Shown here: positions 28,221 through 38,691 of the stretch, piece by piece
Layout: every line of letters begins with the position of its first letter
Numbering within the stretch: the stretch's first letter is position 1
Assembly (NCBI GenBank): GCA_022703485.1
Contig: JAKLDO010000001.1
Location: forward strand, 5,834-69,833
DNA: 64,000 bases
Origin: a bacterium
GTDB taxonomy: Bacteria > UBP6 > UBA1177
Direction of reading: 5' to 3'
The notes under the pieces: model-generated
What the model was told of the DNA's origin: nothing
The model's input: only the letters and a program-made list of their open reading frames with translations
Database searches by the model: none
Position numbers and translations under genes: made by a program

Positions 28221-29588
28221 ATGAACCAGTTGAACAACATTTCGGTCGTTGACGGAAGATATAAAAAACATGTTGAACAGCTTGAAGATATTTTTTCAGA
28301 ATACGGTCTTATCAAAACAAGGGTGAGCGTTGAGATCGAATGGCTTCTGTTCATCCTTAACGATCTGGGATTCCATGTCCTCTCTAAAGATGAAACAGCG
28401 TCTGTAAGGTCCATCTCTGACGGCTTTAACAGAGAAAGCGCCGTGATGGTCAAAAATATTGAAAAAACCACCAATCATGATGTGAAAGCCGTAGAATACT
28501 ACATAAAAAAGGAACTTGAGAACAGAAAGCTTGAAAAAATAAAAGAATGGGTCCATTTCTGCTGTACATCCGAGGACATAAACAACATCTCCTATGCCTT
28601 GATGTTCGAAAACGGCAGAAAGATCGTTCTTGAAAATCTGGAAGAGCTCCTCAAGTCGCTGGAATTCTTTGGAAAAAAATACAAAGCGACACCCATGATG
28701 TCCAGAACTCACGGGCAGCCTGCAACACCGACGACCGTCGGAAAGGAGTTTATCAACTTCGCATCAAGGATACTCCGGGAGAGAGATCTGTTTGAAAAAG
28801 TATCCGTTGAATGCAAGATAAACGGTGCAACCGGTAATTTCAATGCACATTATTTTGTGAAACCGGAAATAGACTGGATAGATGCATCATCAAAATTCAT
28901 AACGGCAAAACTCGGGCTTAAACCCCTTCCTTGGACTGCACAGATTAACAATTATCATTACATATCCGAAATGCTCCACACCATGATAAGGATATCTTCA
29001 ACTGTTATTGACATAGACCGGGATATGTGGGGATACATTTCTTTTAATTATTTCAAACAGAAGACCAAAGAAGGTGAAGTGGGATCATCAACCATGCCGC
29101 ATAAAGTGAATCCGATCGATTTCGAGAACAGTGAAGGAAATCTCGGCATCGGAATATCTTTAATGGAACACATGTCCGTAAAACTTCTCAACTCAAGATT
29201 CCAGAGAGACTTGACCGATTCAACTGTTCTTAGAAATTCAGGGCTCGTTTTCGGATATCTCATGATCGGTCTGAAAAGCACACTTAAAGGACTTTCAAAG
29301 ATCGAAATAAACATTCCCAAGATAAGCGAAGACCTTGCAGACAACCCAGAACTTCTTGCTGAGCCGGTCCAGACAGCAATGAGAATGTACGGAGAGGAAA
29401 ATCCTTACGAAAAGCTGAAAGCGCTCACAAGAGGCACAAGAATTACACAGAAAGACCTTGACAACTTCATTAACGGACTTGAAAAAGTCCCGGAAGAAGT
29501 TAAAAACCGCATGAAACAGCTTTCTCCGGAAAAGTATACGGGGCTTTCAGAAAAACTCGTCGACCTCTATTTCACATTAAAAAGGTAG
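28221..29588 (+). CDS. purB: adenylosuccinate lyase
   Basis: Fumarate-lyase signature GSSTMPHKVNP. 455 aa. Confidence 0.9.
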   Translation: MNQLNNISVVDGRYKKHVEQLEDIFSEYGLIKTRVSVEIEWLLFILNDLGFHVLSKDETASVRSISDGFNRESAVMVKNIEKTTNHDVKAVEYYIKKELENRKLEKIKEWVHFCCTSEDINNISYALMFENGRKIVLENLEELLKSLEFFGKKYKATPMMSRTHGQPATPTTVGKEFINFASRILRERDLFEKVSVECKINGATGNFNAHYFVKPEIDWIDASSKFITAKLGLKPLPWTAQINNYHYISEMLHTMIRISSTVIDIDRDMWGYISFNYFKQKTKEGEVGSSTMPHKVNPIDFENSEGNLGIGISLMEHMSVKLLNSRFQRDLTDSTVLRNSGLVFGYLMIGLKSTLKGLSKIEINIPKISEDLADNPELLAEPVQTAMRMYGEENPYEKLKALTRGTRITQKDLDNFINGLEKVPEEVKNRMKQLSPEKYTGLSEKLVDLYFTLKR

Positions 29589-29607
29589 CGCTGAAAATCT
29601 CTTATTG

Positions 29608-29636
29608 TTGAATTCTTAAATATTTACTGGTACAAT
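29608..29636 (+). promoter_or_regulatory. sigma70-type promoter TTGAAT-17-TACAAT with TG extension
   Basis: ttgaat at 29608-29613, then ...ctgg, then tacaat at 29631-36. It sits upstream of the lipoprotein gene at 29695. Confidence 0.4.
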
Positions 29637-29694
29637 ATGGCACTAAAGATCATGCACGGGAATGCTGATCATTGTGAGTGTGAGGGAGATTATT

Positions 29695-30699
29695 ATGAAA
29701 AAAACGGTTTTTATTCTTTTTACTGCTATGGGGCTGTTTATCCTTTCCTGTTCTTCTGATGGTATGGATGAAAGTATCAACGACATTCCTGACTGGGATT
29801 ATTCAAATGTAGTCACAGATGATGAAAGCGATTCCGGTAGCGACAATGCCGCCATAAATGACGATCAGGTGACAAGTGATGAACAGGTCGCAGATACAGA
29901 TTCTTCTGAAGTTTCTGATTCTGACAACGCTGTATTTCACGGATGCGGAGATGAAATAGTTGACTACGAAGAAAGGTGTGACACTCCTGCACCCATATCG
30001 TGTTCAGACCTTAACCCGAACATTGTCGGTGTTGCATACTGTTCAATGGACTGTCTTTACTATGATCTAAGCAAATGTGAAAAATCAAAGGGTTTCTGGG
30101 GTGCTGTAAATTTCCGTTTCGAGACCAATTTCATCCTTGACAGTGCAAAGATCTCAGATCCTTCTTATTTTGAGAAAGGCGCCCTGCCCTATGCCGCTTT
30201 TAACGGTGTTTACGGAGATGTAAAGACCCTGATCCCTGCGCCGGGACAGACCGTTTCGTACACAGAAACTGCCAGCTACCAGGGATCTCTGGGAGGAATT
30301 AAAAGACAGCTTTTCATAAAACAGAATCCCGTTATAGGCGGAGGAATAGGATATCCAAGAATGGAACTCGAATTTTCGCCCGGAGCTATCTCGAACGGTG
30401 CTGAGTACAAAATAAATGCTGTGACCATTTTCGAACTTGCTGACAATTATTTAAAACTTGTCAGATTCAGGCTTATCGAAAAACAGAATGGGACCGAATG
30501 CATCATGGGTATCGGATATTCAGGCTCGGTCTATATAACAAATATTTTCCCGGAAAATGCCGACCTTTTTGACGGCGGAAGCATTGAAGTCGTTTCAAAC
30601 AATATTGATTTTTATTATCCCACCGAGGTTCCCGGTCTTGATGAGAACAATCCCGAAGTACCGGCAGAGACCCTGAAATATCCTGTCTGCACCAAATAA
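29695..30699 (+). CDS. exported lipoprotein: acidic linker, Cys-rich module, conserved beta-rich C-terminal domain (paralogue of 51516..52670)
   Basis: Start moved to ATG 29695 (SD GAGGGAG). Signal and lipobox MKKTVFILFTAMGLFILSC. Asp/Ser-rich tract, then CGDEIVDYEERCD module. C-terminus ...KYPVCTK. Confidence 0.6.
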   Translation: MKKTVFILFTAMGLFILSCSSDGMDESINDIPDWDYSNVVTDDESDSGSDNAAINDDQVTSDEQVADTDSSEVSDSDNAVFHGCGDEIVDYEERCDTPAPISCSDLNPNIVGVAYCSMDCLYYDLSKCEKSKGFWGAVNFRFETNFILDSAKISDPSYFEKGALPYAAFNGVYGDVKTLIPAPGQTVSYTETASYQGSLGGIKRQLFIKQNPVIGGGIGYPRMELEFSPGAISNGAEYKINAVTIFELADNYLKLVRFRLIEKQNGTECIMGIGYSGSVYITNIFPENADLFDGGSIEVVSNNIDFYYPTEVPGLDENNPEVPAETLKYPVCTK

Positions 30700-32036
30700 T
30701 GTATCACTATCGTCTCAAAGAAACCATCGCTGCTGTCGCAACATCTCCGGGAAGCACCATCGGCATTATCCGCATCAGCGGAGATCAGGCATTCAATATC
30801 GCTTCAAAAATGACCGGACGGAACAGCTTTTCCCACATGAAAGCAGAACTTTTGAAACTTAAAAGTGAAAAAAAGGCTCTTCTCGACAGGTGCATAGTGC
30901 TTCCTTTTAGATCTCCGGAAAGTTATACCGGAGAAGATGTTGTTGAATTCCATGTACACGGGGCATCTTTAAATGCAGCCGATATTCTTAAAAAAATCTT
31001 TGAGATGGGCGCGATACCTGCTTTGAGAGGAGAATTCACCTTCAGAGCTCTGCTTAATTCCAAAATGAACCTTTCTGAAGCATTTTCCATCAACGCACTG
31101 ATCACTTCTGACAACCCTTTTACTGTTGAACTTGCCAGAAAAGAATCTTTCGAGAACAGTTCTTACCCTGTGTTGAAGAAATTCATTCCCGAATGGGAGC
31201 ATTATTTCACACTGTCAACAGCTCTCATAGATTTTCCCGATCAGGTCTCAGCAACCCTTCCTTTTGAAAAAATAAGACGATCTATAGATGAAATGAGCGT
31301 TTTTTTAAGGAAAATGATCAAGAACTCTTCCGACCTTAAAAAATTTTCCAACTTCTCAATACTTATTTCCGGAAAACCCAATGTGGGAAAATCATCTCTG
31401 TTCAATGCTCTTTTGAACAGATCAAGGGCCATAACATCCGACATTCCCGGAACAACGCGGGATTATTTGTCAGAAACCCTCTTCATAAAAGGGTTTCCCG
31501 TTATTATTATAGATTCCGCAGGTATTCACGACCCGAAAGCTGAAATAGAAAAACAGGGCATAGACCGTTCAAAAAAGCTTATCGGGAACTGCGACCTTGT
31601 CCTTCTTGTCATAGATCCTACCCGCCCGCTTGACAGATTTGACTCCGGTCTTATCGAAAGAACAGAAGGTTTGCAAAGACTGATCATTGAAAATAAATCA
31701 GATGTCGCAGACGGTTTCCATTTTTCCGACTCCCTGAAAGTCAGCTGTGTATCAGGAAACGGCATTGAACAGATGATACACGCTATTGAAACCCTTATCG
31801 AATCAGCAAAACCTGATCCCGGGCAGTTTTTCTTTTTTAATGAGTGGCAGACAGATACTGCTGAAAAAACAATAGAGATGCTTGACAGTCTCAGATCCGG
31901 TCTTGAAAGCGACCAGATAGAGCTGACACATTTTTGCATAAAGGAGATCCTTTTGAACATCAGGAACATATCAGGAGAAATTTCCAGTTTTGATGTATAT
32001 GAAAAGATCTTCGGCTCTTTCTGTCTCGGGAAATGA
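30699..32036 (+). CDS. mnmE: tRNA modification GTPase MnmE
   Basis: G domain GKPNVGKSSLFNALL, DIPGTTRD, DSAG, NKSD. C-terminal FCLGK (CxGK motif). Confidence 0.9.
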   Translation: MYHYRLKETIAAVATSPGSTIGIIRISGDQAFNIASKMTGRNSFSHMKAELLKLKSEKKALLDRCIVLPFRSPESYTGEDVVEFHVHGASLNAADILKKIFEMGAIPALRGEFTFRALLNSKMNLSEAFSINALITSDNPFTVELARKESFENSSYPVLKKFIPEWEHYFTLSTALIDFPDQVSATLPFEKIRRSIDEMSVFLRKMIKNSSDLKKFSNFSILISGKPNVGKSSLFNALLNRSRAITSDIPGTTRDYLSETLFIKGFPVIIIDSAGIHDPKAEIEKQGIDRSKKLIGNCDLVLLVIDPTRPLDRFDSGLIERTEGLQRLIIENKSDVADGFHFSDSLKVSCVSGNGIEQMIHAIETLIESAKPDPGQFFFFNEWQTDTAEKTIEMLDSLRSGLESDQIELTHFCIKEILLNIRNISGEISSFDVYEKIFGSFCLGK

Positions 32037-32184
32037 CCTTTTTTGTCTTTTTTCTTCCACAGTCTTTAAACGCACGCATTTTGATTTAAATTAATTTTGT
32101 GATATATAAGGGCCGGAAGTCCGGCGAAGTCGATTTTCGCTCTCTAAAACAAAATTTGGAAGCCGGTTTTCAAGGGAGTTTCTT

Positions 32185-34047
32185 ATGATTTTTGATGTTG
32201 CGGTGATCGGTGGAGGTCACGCCGGAATAGAAGCTGCGAATGGCGCTGCAAATATAGGAGCAAAAACCATTCTTCTCACAATGTCCGTTGACAGGATCGG
32301 TGAAATGTCATGCAATCCTTCTATCGGCGGTCAGGCAAAAGGACAGCTTGTCAGAGAGATCGATCTGCTTGGCGGAATAATGGGCCGGGCGGCTGATTTC
32401 TCAGCAATTCAGTACCGCGTCCTTAATAGAAGGAAAGGTCCGGCGGTTCAGGCTTTAAGGTCGCAATGCGACAAGATCCTTTATAAAAACTTTGCTCAGG
32501 CTGCTCTTTTAAAAAATCCACTGATCACGGTTTTTCAGGCTGAAGCTGTTTCTTTCATAAAAAAAGACGGTGTTTTTGAGATACATACACGGAACGGAAA
32601 TTCTTTTTTGTCCAGAACCATTGTTATAACATCCGGCACCTTTCTGAACGGCACCGTTCATATTGGTAATAATTCTTTTTCAAGCGGCCGGATCGGTGAA
32701 CCTTCGTCTGTCGGGTTGACAGAATCGCTTACAGATCAAGGTCACACAAAGATAAGACTGAAAACTGGAACCCCGGTAAGAATTCTGGGAAGCTCCATTG
32801 ATTTTTCAAAAATGGAAACACAGCCGGGAGAGATCGATTATACCCCTTTTTCAATATATACTTCAGGCAGGCTGACACATCAACTTCCGTGCTTTTTAAC
32901 AAGAACAACGGAAGAAACACGAATTGTTGTCACAGAAAATCTTAAATTCTCTCCGCTTTACGGATATCACAAGTCAATTGAAGGAACCGGACCCCGTTAT
33001 TGTCCGTCAATAGAAGATAAATTTGTAAAGTTTCCAGAGAGAGAAAGTCATCAGATCTTCGTTGAACCTGAAGGATGGTCCAAACACGAATATTATCCAA
33101 ACGGCATTTCAACTTCTCTGCCTTATGATGTTCAGATAAAATTACTGCATTCCATACCGGGTTTTGAGAATGCAGTTCCGACCAGACCGGCCTATGCCAT
33201 AGAATACGACGCTTTTGATCCCAAAGATCTTTCCCTCTCCCTCGAAAGTCATTTTACCCCCGGTATTTTTCTTGCCGGACAGGTTAATGGAACTAGCGGT
33301 TATGAAGAAGCTGCAGCTCAGGGACTCGTTGCCGGAATAAATGCCGGGTTGAATGCGCTGAAAACCCGTGAACCATTTATTCTTGATAGAACCGAATCTT
33401 ATATCGGCGTGATGATCTCAGACATCACTTCTCAAGGGATAGATGAACCATACCGGATGTTCACCTCGAGAGCTGAATTCAGGCTTTCTGTCCGCGACAA
33501 TAACGTCCCTGAAAGACTTCTCGAAAAAGCTTCGGTCTTTGGACTGATCGACAAAAAGACTTATTGTACCCAGAAACGAAAAATCGAAGAGATCGCCTCT
33601 CTTATTGAAAAAATGACCAATACTTTTGTATACCCTGACGCACCCACCAATGACAATATGCTCTCTCTGGCCCAGCCAGTTTTAAATAAACCCTGCAGCA
33701 TTTCAACACTTCTCAAAAGACCGTCTATCGGAAGAGAGGAACTTTTTAAGATATGCGGATTCCTGTCTGATGTCGATGAAGAGACCTGGGCTAGAGCGGA
33801 AGTAAATATAAAATATTCCGGTTTTATTGAAAGAGAGCAGGAGGAAATAGAAAGGATCAGAGAGCTTTCATCTCTTGTCATCCCTTGCGATTTTAAATAC
33901 GAAAGCATCTCCGGGCTTTCTAACGAGCTGAAACAGAAATTAATTAAAAAAAGACCGGCCACCGTTTCAGAGGCTCTTCTGATTCCGGGCATAACTCCGG
34001 CCGCAATATCAATCTTAATTCTTTATCTCAACAAGGGCAGAAAATGA
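32185..34047 (+). CDS. mnmG: tRNA uridine 5-carboxymethylaminomethyl modification enzyme MnmG (GidA)
   Basis: FAD motif VIGGGHAGIEAA, GPRYCPSIEDK and FLAGQVNGTSGYEEAAAQG. 620 aa. Confidence 0.95.
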   Translation: MIFDVAVIGGGHAGIEAANGAANIGAKTILLTMSVDRIGEMSCNPSIGGQAKGQLVREIDLLGGIMGRAADFSAIQYRVLNRRKGPAVQALRSQCDKILYKNFAQAALLKNPLITVFQAEAVSFIKKDGVFEIHTRNGNSFLSRTIVITSGTFLNGTVHIGNNSFSSGRIGEPSSVGLTESLTDQGHTKIRLKTGTPVRILGSSIDFSKMETQPGEIDYTPFSIYTSGRLTHQLPCFLTRTTEETRIVVTENLKFSPLYGYHKSIEGTGPRYCPSIEDKFVKFPERESHQIFVEPEGWSKHEYYPNGISTSLPYDVQIKLLHSIPGFENAVPTRPAYAIEYDAFDPKDLSLSLESHFTPGIFLAGQVNGTSGYEEAAAQGLVAGINAGLNALKTREPFILDRTESYIGVMISDITSQGIDEPYRMFTSRAEFRLSVRDNNVPERLLEKASVFGLIDKKTYCTQKRKIEEIASLIEKMTNTFVYPDAPTNDNMLSLAQPVLNKPCSISTLLKRPSIGREELFKICGFLSDVDEETWARAEVNIKYSGFIEREQEEIERIRELSSLVIPCDFKYESISGLSNELKQKLIKKRPATVSEALLIPGITPAAISILILYLNKGRK

Positions 34048-34679
34048 ATGAACAGATTTTAAATGTTTCACGTGAAACTTTTTTCCAGCGCCTGTCCGGG
34101 GGGCTTTCTCACCTCGGGATTGAACTTTCACTTTCCGGATCGAACACCCTGTTCGATTTCTGGCAGGAGGTTCTACGCTGGAACAGGACGCACAACCTGA
34201 CAACCATAACAGATATTGAAAAGGCGATAGAAAATCATTTTCTGGATTCGATGCTTCCGGCATCAGAACAGGCTGTTTTTTCATCTTTTAAAAAAGTTAT
34301 GGACCTTGGAACGGGTGCTGGTTTTCCGGGAGTCCCTCTCTCCGTTCTTTTCCCGGCTACCGACTATCATCTTCTTGACAAAAGTCACAAAAAAATATCT
34401 TTCCTTCATCTTGTCTCCGGGACTCTTAATTTAAAAAATGTATACCCTGTCCTTGGAACGCTGTCTTTGCACAACGAAAGATACGATGCTATTGTTTCAA
34501 GAGCTGTAAAAATTGATGATGAGATCTTTTCATACTGTAAAAAGCTGATCAACCCGGGAGGTTATTTAATAGTATATTATTCATCAAACCAGCCCCCCTA
34601 TGCTTCTTCACATCTTTCACTTACAAGAAAGTTTGATATCAATGGAGCCTCCAGAGCAGTATCCTTCTACCAATTTTGA
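34044..34679 (+). CDS. rsmG: 16S rRNA (guanine527-N7)-methyltransferase RsmG (GidB)
   Basis: SAM motif MDLGTGAGFPGVPLS. 4-nt overlap with mnmG. Confidence 0.85.
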   Translation: MNEQILNVSRETFFQRLSGGLSHLGIELSLSGSNTLFDFWQEVLRWNRTHNLTTITDIEKAIENHFLDSMLPASEQAVFSSFKKVMDLGTGAGFPGVPLSVLFPATDYHLLDKSHKKISFLHLVSGTLNLKNVYPVLGTLSLHNERYDAIVSRAVKIDDEIFSYCKKLINPGGYLIVYYSSNQPPYASSHLSLTRKFDINGASRAVSFYQF

Positions 34680-34726
34680 CTTTTTTTGTTATTTTGCTAT
34701 ATTCTCAAAGTATTTTCGGAGGACAC

Positions 34727-35197
34727 ATGAAAAAGCTTTTTCTATGTATATTTCTTTTATTTTTTATTTCACCTACCTATGCCAATGAATATGACCGTCA
34801 ATACCTGACTTTAAAATATCAGGGAGTTGCTATCGGACAGATATCTCTCGCCTACAGGCTCATCTCTCTTTCTACAAGCCTGTCAATAGCCAAGGCGGTT
34901 GATAAAGAATATATTTTTTCACTTCTTAGCAATGTAGATTCAACTATACTAAATTGCAGAAGCATCATAACAGGTAATAATGCAGACCCCGATACGCTGT
35001 CAAAACATCTTCTTGAAGGAATTGATGCTCTCATATCCTGTTCCCAGAATGTAAAGGATTATACCTCGCTTCAAAGTTACGATAATCTGAATAAGGTCAG
35101 AACATGCATTGACAAGTCTTCAGAAAATATTGAAAAACTTACAGACGAATACAATAAAGCCTCGTCTCTTTTCAAAGAAAAAGTTAAAACAAAATAA
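34727..35197 (+). CDS. hypothetical secreted helical protein
   Basis: Start moved to ATG 34727 (SD GGAGG at 34718-22). Signal peptide MKKLFLCIFLLFFISPTYA. Confidence 0.45.
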   Translation: MKKLFLCIFLLFFISPTYANEYDRQYLTLKYQGVAIGQISLAYRLISLSTSLSIAKAVDKEYIFSLLSNVDSTILNCRSIITGNNADPDTLSKHLLEGIDALISCSQNVKDYTSLQSYDNLNKVRTCIDKSSENIEKLTDEYNKASSLFKEKVKTK

Positions 35198-35216
35198 CAC
35201 ATACAGGGAGTGCAAA

Positions 35217-35705
35217 ATGTCAAAGGTAATGATTCTCATGGGCAGTGATTCTGACTGGCAGATAATGAAAAAGGCCGCCATTCAGCTCAAAGAGTTCGGT
35301 GTCGATTTTGAAGCCGCTGTGAGCTCAGCGCACAGAACTCCGGAAAAAACATTAAACATCGTTAAAAATTTTAAAGGAAGCTGCTTTATTGTTGGTGCCG
35401 GAGCCGCAGCCCATCTTGCCGGTGTTGTAGCTTCCCACACAACCCTTCCGGTGATAGCCGTACCCATAAATGCCACATCTCTGGGCGGAGTAGATGCTCT
35501 TTATTCTACAGTTCAGATGCCTTCAGGAATACCGGTTGCAAGCATGGCTGTTGACGGAGCGAAAAATGCGGCTTTGTTTGCTCTGCAGATACTTTCTCTT
35601 TCTGATGCGGCCATTAAGGAAAAACTTACCAAATTCAAAAAAGAGATGGTGGATGAGGTCAATTCTAAAGATGCCAAACTTCAATCTTTAATAAAGGAGC
35701 TTTAA
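35217..35705 (+). CDS. purE: N5-carboxyaminoimidazole ribonucleotide mutase
   Basis: Start moved to ATG 35217 (SD AGGGAG). Motifs MGSDSDW, SAHRTPE and GAGAAAHLAGVVAS. Confidence 0.9.
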   Translation: MSKVMILMGSDSDWQIMKKAAIQLKEFGVDFEAAVSSAHRTPEKTLNIVKNFKGSCFIVGAGAAAHLAGVVASHTTLPVIAVPINATSLGGVDALYSTVQMPSGIPVASMAVDGAKNAALFALQILSLSDAAIKEKLTKFKKEMVDEVNSKDAKLQSLIKEL

Positions 35706-35707
35706 AT

Positions 35708-36337
35708 ATGGAAATTCTTTCTATTGAGGAGGCGGCGTGGAAGATCAGGAACGGATCTGTGGTTGCATATCCGACTGAAACTGTTTACGGTCTCGGCTCG
35801 ATCATTTTTGAAAAAGATCCGGTCATGCGGATCAAAGAAATAAAAGGATCGCCTGAAAACAAGCCTCTTTCAGTCCTGATATCAAACAACAAGCCGGAAA
35901 TGCTTTATGAGCTTGTCGACACATTTCTTCCTGTGGCACAAAGGCTTGCGAAATTTTTCTGGCCCGGACCGTTAACTATAGTTCACGAATGCAAAGCGGA
36001 ACTGCCTGATTTTGTAACGGGCGGCACCGGCTTTGTCGGTATCCGCTGTTCACCTTTTCCATTTGTGAACACTTTCATTGACCTTGTCGGCCATCCCATA
36101 ATAAGCACCAGTGCAAATCCGGCAGGTATGAAGCCGGCAATAAACTACATGGATATTTTCACCTATTTCAATGATAAAATCGACGGTGTCCTGATCTGCG
36201 ACGATTCAATTTCCTCTGAACAGAAAATGAAGGCTTTCAATATTCCTTCAACCATTGTAAAGGTGGATCAGCATAATTTCGAAATACTTCGCGAAGGGGC
36301 AATAAAGAAAGATGACATCATCAGGAAAATCCTATAA
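35708..36337 (+). CDS. tsaC: L-threonylcarbamoyladenylate synthase (TsaC/YrdC family)
   Basis: Motifs YPTETVYGLG, KGSPENKPLSVL and ISTSANPAG. Confidence 0.8.
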   Translation: MEILSIEEAAWKIRNGSVVAYPTETVYGLGSIIFEKDPVMRIKEIKGSPENKPLSVLISNNKPEMLYELVDTFLPVAQRLAKFFWPGPLTIVHECKAELPDFVTGGTGFVGIRCSPFPFVNTFIDLVGHPIISTSANPAGMKPAINYMDIFTYFNDKIDGVLICDDSISSEQKMKAFNIPSTIVKVDQHNFEILREGAIKKDDIIRKIL

Positions 36338-37076
36338 AAATCTTGAAACTTCCAGAGATGCCATTTTCAGACCCGATATATTTATAGTTCAGCATAAAAA
36401 AGGATACAGATTTAATTCTGACTCCATGATATTATCATGGTTCATAAATGAAATATCACGAAAATATCAAATAAAGAACAGTCTGGAAATAGGTGCAGGA
36501 TCAGGAATTGTTTCAATCGTTTTAAAAAACAGAGGGTTCAAACCGGACATCACATGTGTTGAAATTCAGAAAGATATGTTTGAGCTTCTTAAAGAAAACA
36601 TTTTTGAGAACAATTTTTCACATACTATTTTTCCCATACATGATGATTTCAGGGATTTTTCATTTAACAGCAGAATAAAATTCGATCTGATATTTTCCAA
36701 TCCCCCTTTTTTCGGAATTGACTCAGGAAAGATGAATGAAAACAGTTCAAAAGCTCTGGCAAGACATGAATTTTACGGAAGTTTAAAAGATTTTTTCTCT
36801 TCATCTGTCAAAATTCTAAAAAAGAACGGTCATTTTGTATTTGTCTATCCTGTTTCAAGGATACAGTACGCTCTGCAAAGCGCAGGAAATTGCGGTCTTT
36901 CACTCAAGGACATCTGTTTTTTCAGGGAGAACAGCTCTGTGGCTCCATCTTCTTTCACAGCCCATCTCGTTTTTAAATCAACGGATTCCAGCGTTTCTCC
37001 AGACCTGATCACAATGAAAGATGATTCAGGTGAATACTCCTTTGCCGGCAGAAAAATAATGTATTATGAAAATTAA
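36312..37076 (+). CDS. SAM-dependent N6-adenine methyltransferase, tRNA m6A37 (TrmN6/YfiC)-like
   Basis: HKKGYRFNSDSMILSWF, EIGAGSGIVS, and the catalytic tetrapeptide in IFSNPPFF. Confidence 0.55.
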   Translation: MTSSGKSYKNLETSRDAIFRPDIFIVQHKKGYRFNSDSMILSWFINEISRKYQIKNSLEIGAGSGIVSIVLKNRGFKPDITCVEIQKDMFELLKENIFENNFSHTIFPIHDDFRDFSFNSRIKFDLIFSNPPFFGIDSGKMNENSSKALARHEFYGSLKDFFSSSVKILKKNGHFVFVYPVSRIQYALQSAGNCGLSLKDICFFRENSSVAPSSFTAHLVFKSTDSSVSPDLITMKDDSGEYSFAGRKIMYYEN

Positions 37077-37178
37077 TAAGAAAAATATTGAATTTTTTGC
37101 GGAAAAGTATGTTAATGAAAGGGTTAATATTAAAAAAGACCATGCGGTCGCTTCTCTTTCAGGAAGAAGGTTGTTCAA

Positions 37179-38519
37179 ATGTGGAAAAAGATCGTTGAAG
37201 AGTTGAAAAAATCAAACAGTGACGGAATAATAAACGCTTTCATAAAACCGCTTTTTGCAGTAAAGGAAAGCCGGGAAGAAATAATTGTAGGCGCCCCGAG
37301 TGAGCAGATCCTTCATGTTCTGGAAAAAAACGGCTGGACAGATCAGATAAAAAAAATAGCTTCGCATCTTTTTGATGATTCAACGGTCGTAACTTTTATT
37401 ATCAGACAGAACGACACGGAGGAGGAGATCCAGTCGACCCTGCCATTTTCAAATGTACAGAAAGATATAGAACGGGCTGCAAAAAAAGAGACCTCTATAA
37501 TGAAAGAGTTCACTTTTGACAATTTTGTCTCAGGACCTTCAAATCAGACTGTCTTTGCTGCTGCAATGGGAATAGCCAAAAATCCCGGAATAAATTACAA
37601 TCCGTTTTTCGTTTACGGGGATTCAGGCCTTGGTAAGACCCACATCATTCAGGCCATCGGTAATTATGTGATAACACACAAGAACAAATCTGTCTACTAT
37701 ACAACAGCAAATCAGCTTCTTGTTGATTATGTGGCTGCTCTTTCCTCAGGGACTATGAACAAGTTCAGATCTAACATTCTTTCAAACGATGTTCTTCTTG
37801 TTGACGACATTCAGTTTCTCTCCAAGAAAAGCAGTACTCAGGAAGAATTTTTCTATATTTTCAACACATTTTACGAATCAGGAAGACAGATTGTTCTTAC
37901 ATCAGACAGATATATTTCTGAGATAAAAGACATCGACGACCGTCTTAGAAGCAGATTCATTATGGGCGTTTCGCTTGATATAAAACCGCCTGAATTTGAG
38001 ACCAGGCTCGCTATCGTTCTTAAAAAATCAGAGCTTTATAAAATAAATATTGATGATGAGACTGCTAGGTTCGTTGCCGCCAATCTAAAAAACAATGTAA
38101 GAGAGATAGAAGGGGCTTTAAAAACACTGCAGATATCTTCAGAGCTCATGGGAATAACAAAGATATTCAAATCATTTGCTGAAGACATATTAAAAGATAC
38201 CATTAAAAAGAAAGGCTCGGTCGGTGTTGATGAAATAATAAAGCTCACATCAACCAACCTTCATGTTAAAAATTCCGACATTCTTTCAAACAAGAGAAGT
38301 AAACAGATATCTCTCAGCAGACAGATCGCAATGTATCTTGTAAAAAAATATACATCCATAACGCTTAAAGAAATAGGAAATATCTTTGGAGGAAGAAATC
38401 ATGCAACAGTAATTTCCTCCATATCAAAAATAGAGCAGCTTATGAGTGAGGACATGAATATAAAGAAGATTGTAGATAAACTTGAAAGAGAAATAGATGA
38501 ATCAAAGAAAAATATGTAA
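37179..38519 (+). CDS. dnaA: chromosomal replication initiator DnaA
   Basis: Walker A GDSGLGKTHIIQAIGN, LLVDDIQFL, and the C-terminal DNA-binding region SKRSKQISLSRQIAMYLVKKYT...GGRNHATVISS. Confidence 0.95.
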   Translation: MWKKIVEELKKSNSDGIINAFIKPLFAVKESREEIIVGAPSEQILHVLEKNGWTDQIKKIASHLFDDSTVVTFIIRQNDTEEEIQSTLPFSNVQKDIERAAKKETSIMKEFTFDNFVSGPSNQTVFAAAMGIAKNPGINYNPFFVYGDSGLGKTHIIQAIGNYVITHKNKSVYYTTANQLLVDYVAALSSGTMNKFRSNILSNDVLLVDDIQFLSKKSSTQEEFFYIFNTFYESGRQIVLTSDRYISEIKDIDDRLRSRFIMGVSLDIKPPEFETRLAIVLKKSELYKINIDDETARFVAANLKNNVREIEGALKTLQISSELMGITKIFKSFAEDILKDTIKKKGSVGVDEIIKLTSTNLHVKNSDILSNKRSKQISLSRQIAMYLVKKYTSITLKEIGNIFGGRNHATVISSISKIEQLMSEDMNIKKIVDKLEREIDESKKNM

Positions 38520-38691
38520 CAAATGTCAGAATTTTTGGTGTTAAAAGAATGTTAACTTTTAAATTCACAGAACATCAACATTTATCTTCACATTTTTACA
38601 CCATGTTAGTATTTGTTTTTATTACTCTTTTTTTTAATATCAACATTTTTTCAAGCTTATTATTATATATTTCTATTTATGGAGTAATCCT
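38520..38691. other. candidate oriC / DNA-unwinding region (dnaA-dnaN spacer)
   Basis: 172-bp AT-rich spacer with ttattattatatatttctatttat. Only degenerate DnaA-box-like 9-mers are present (ttatcttca at 38582, atatcaaca at 38637, each 2 mismatches to TTATCCACA). No perfect box was seen. Confidence 0.3.

Noticed and set aside
35934-35950. sigma54-like tggcacaaaggcttgcg inside tsaC.
   Set aside because: The spacing is one nucleotide too long and the site is intragenic.
37077-37178. A DnaA-box cluster upstream of dnaA.
   Set aside because: I found no 9-mer within 1 mismatch of TTATCCACA on either strand. Only a weak TTGAAT-17-GTTAAT promoter-like element is present.
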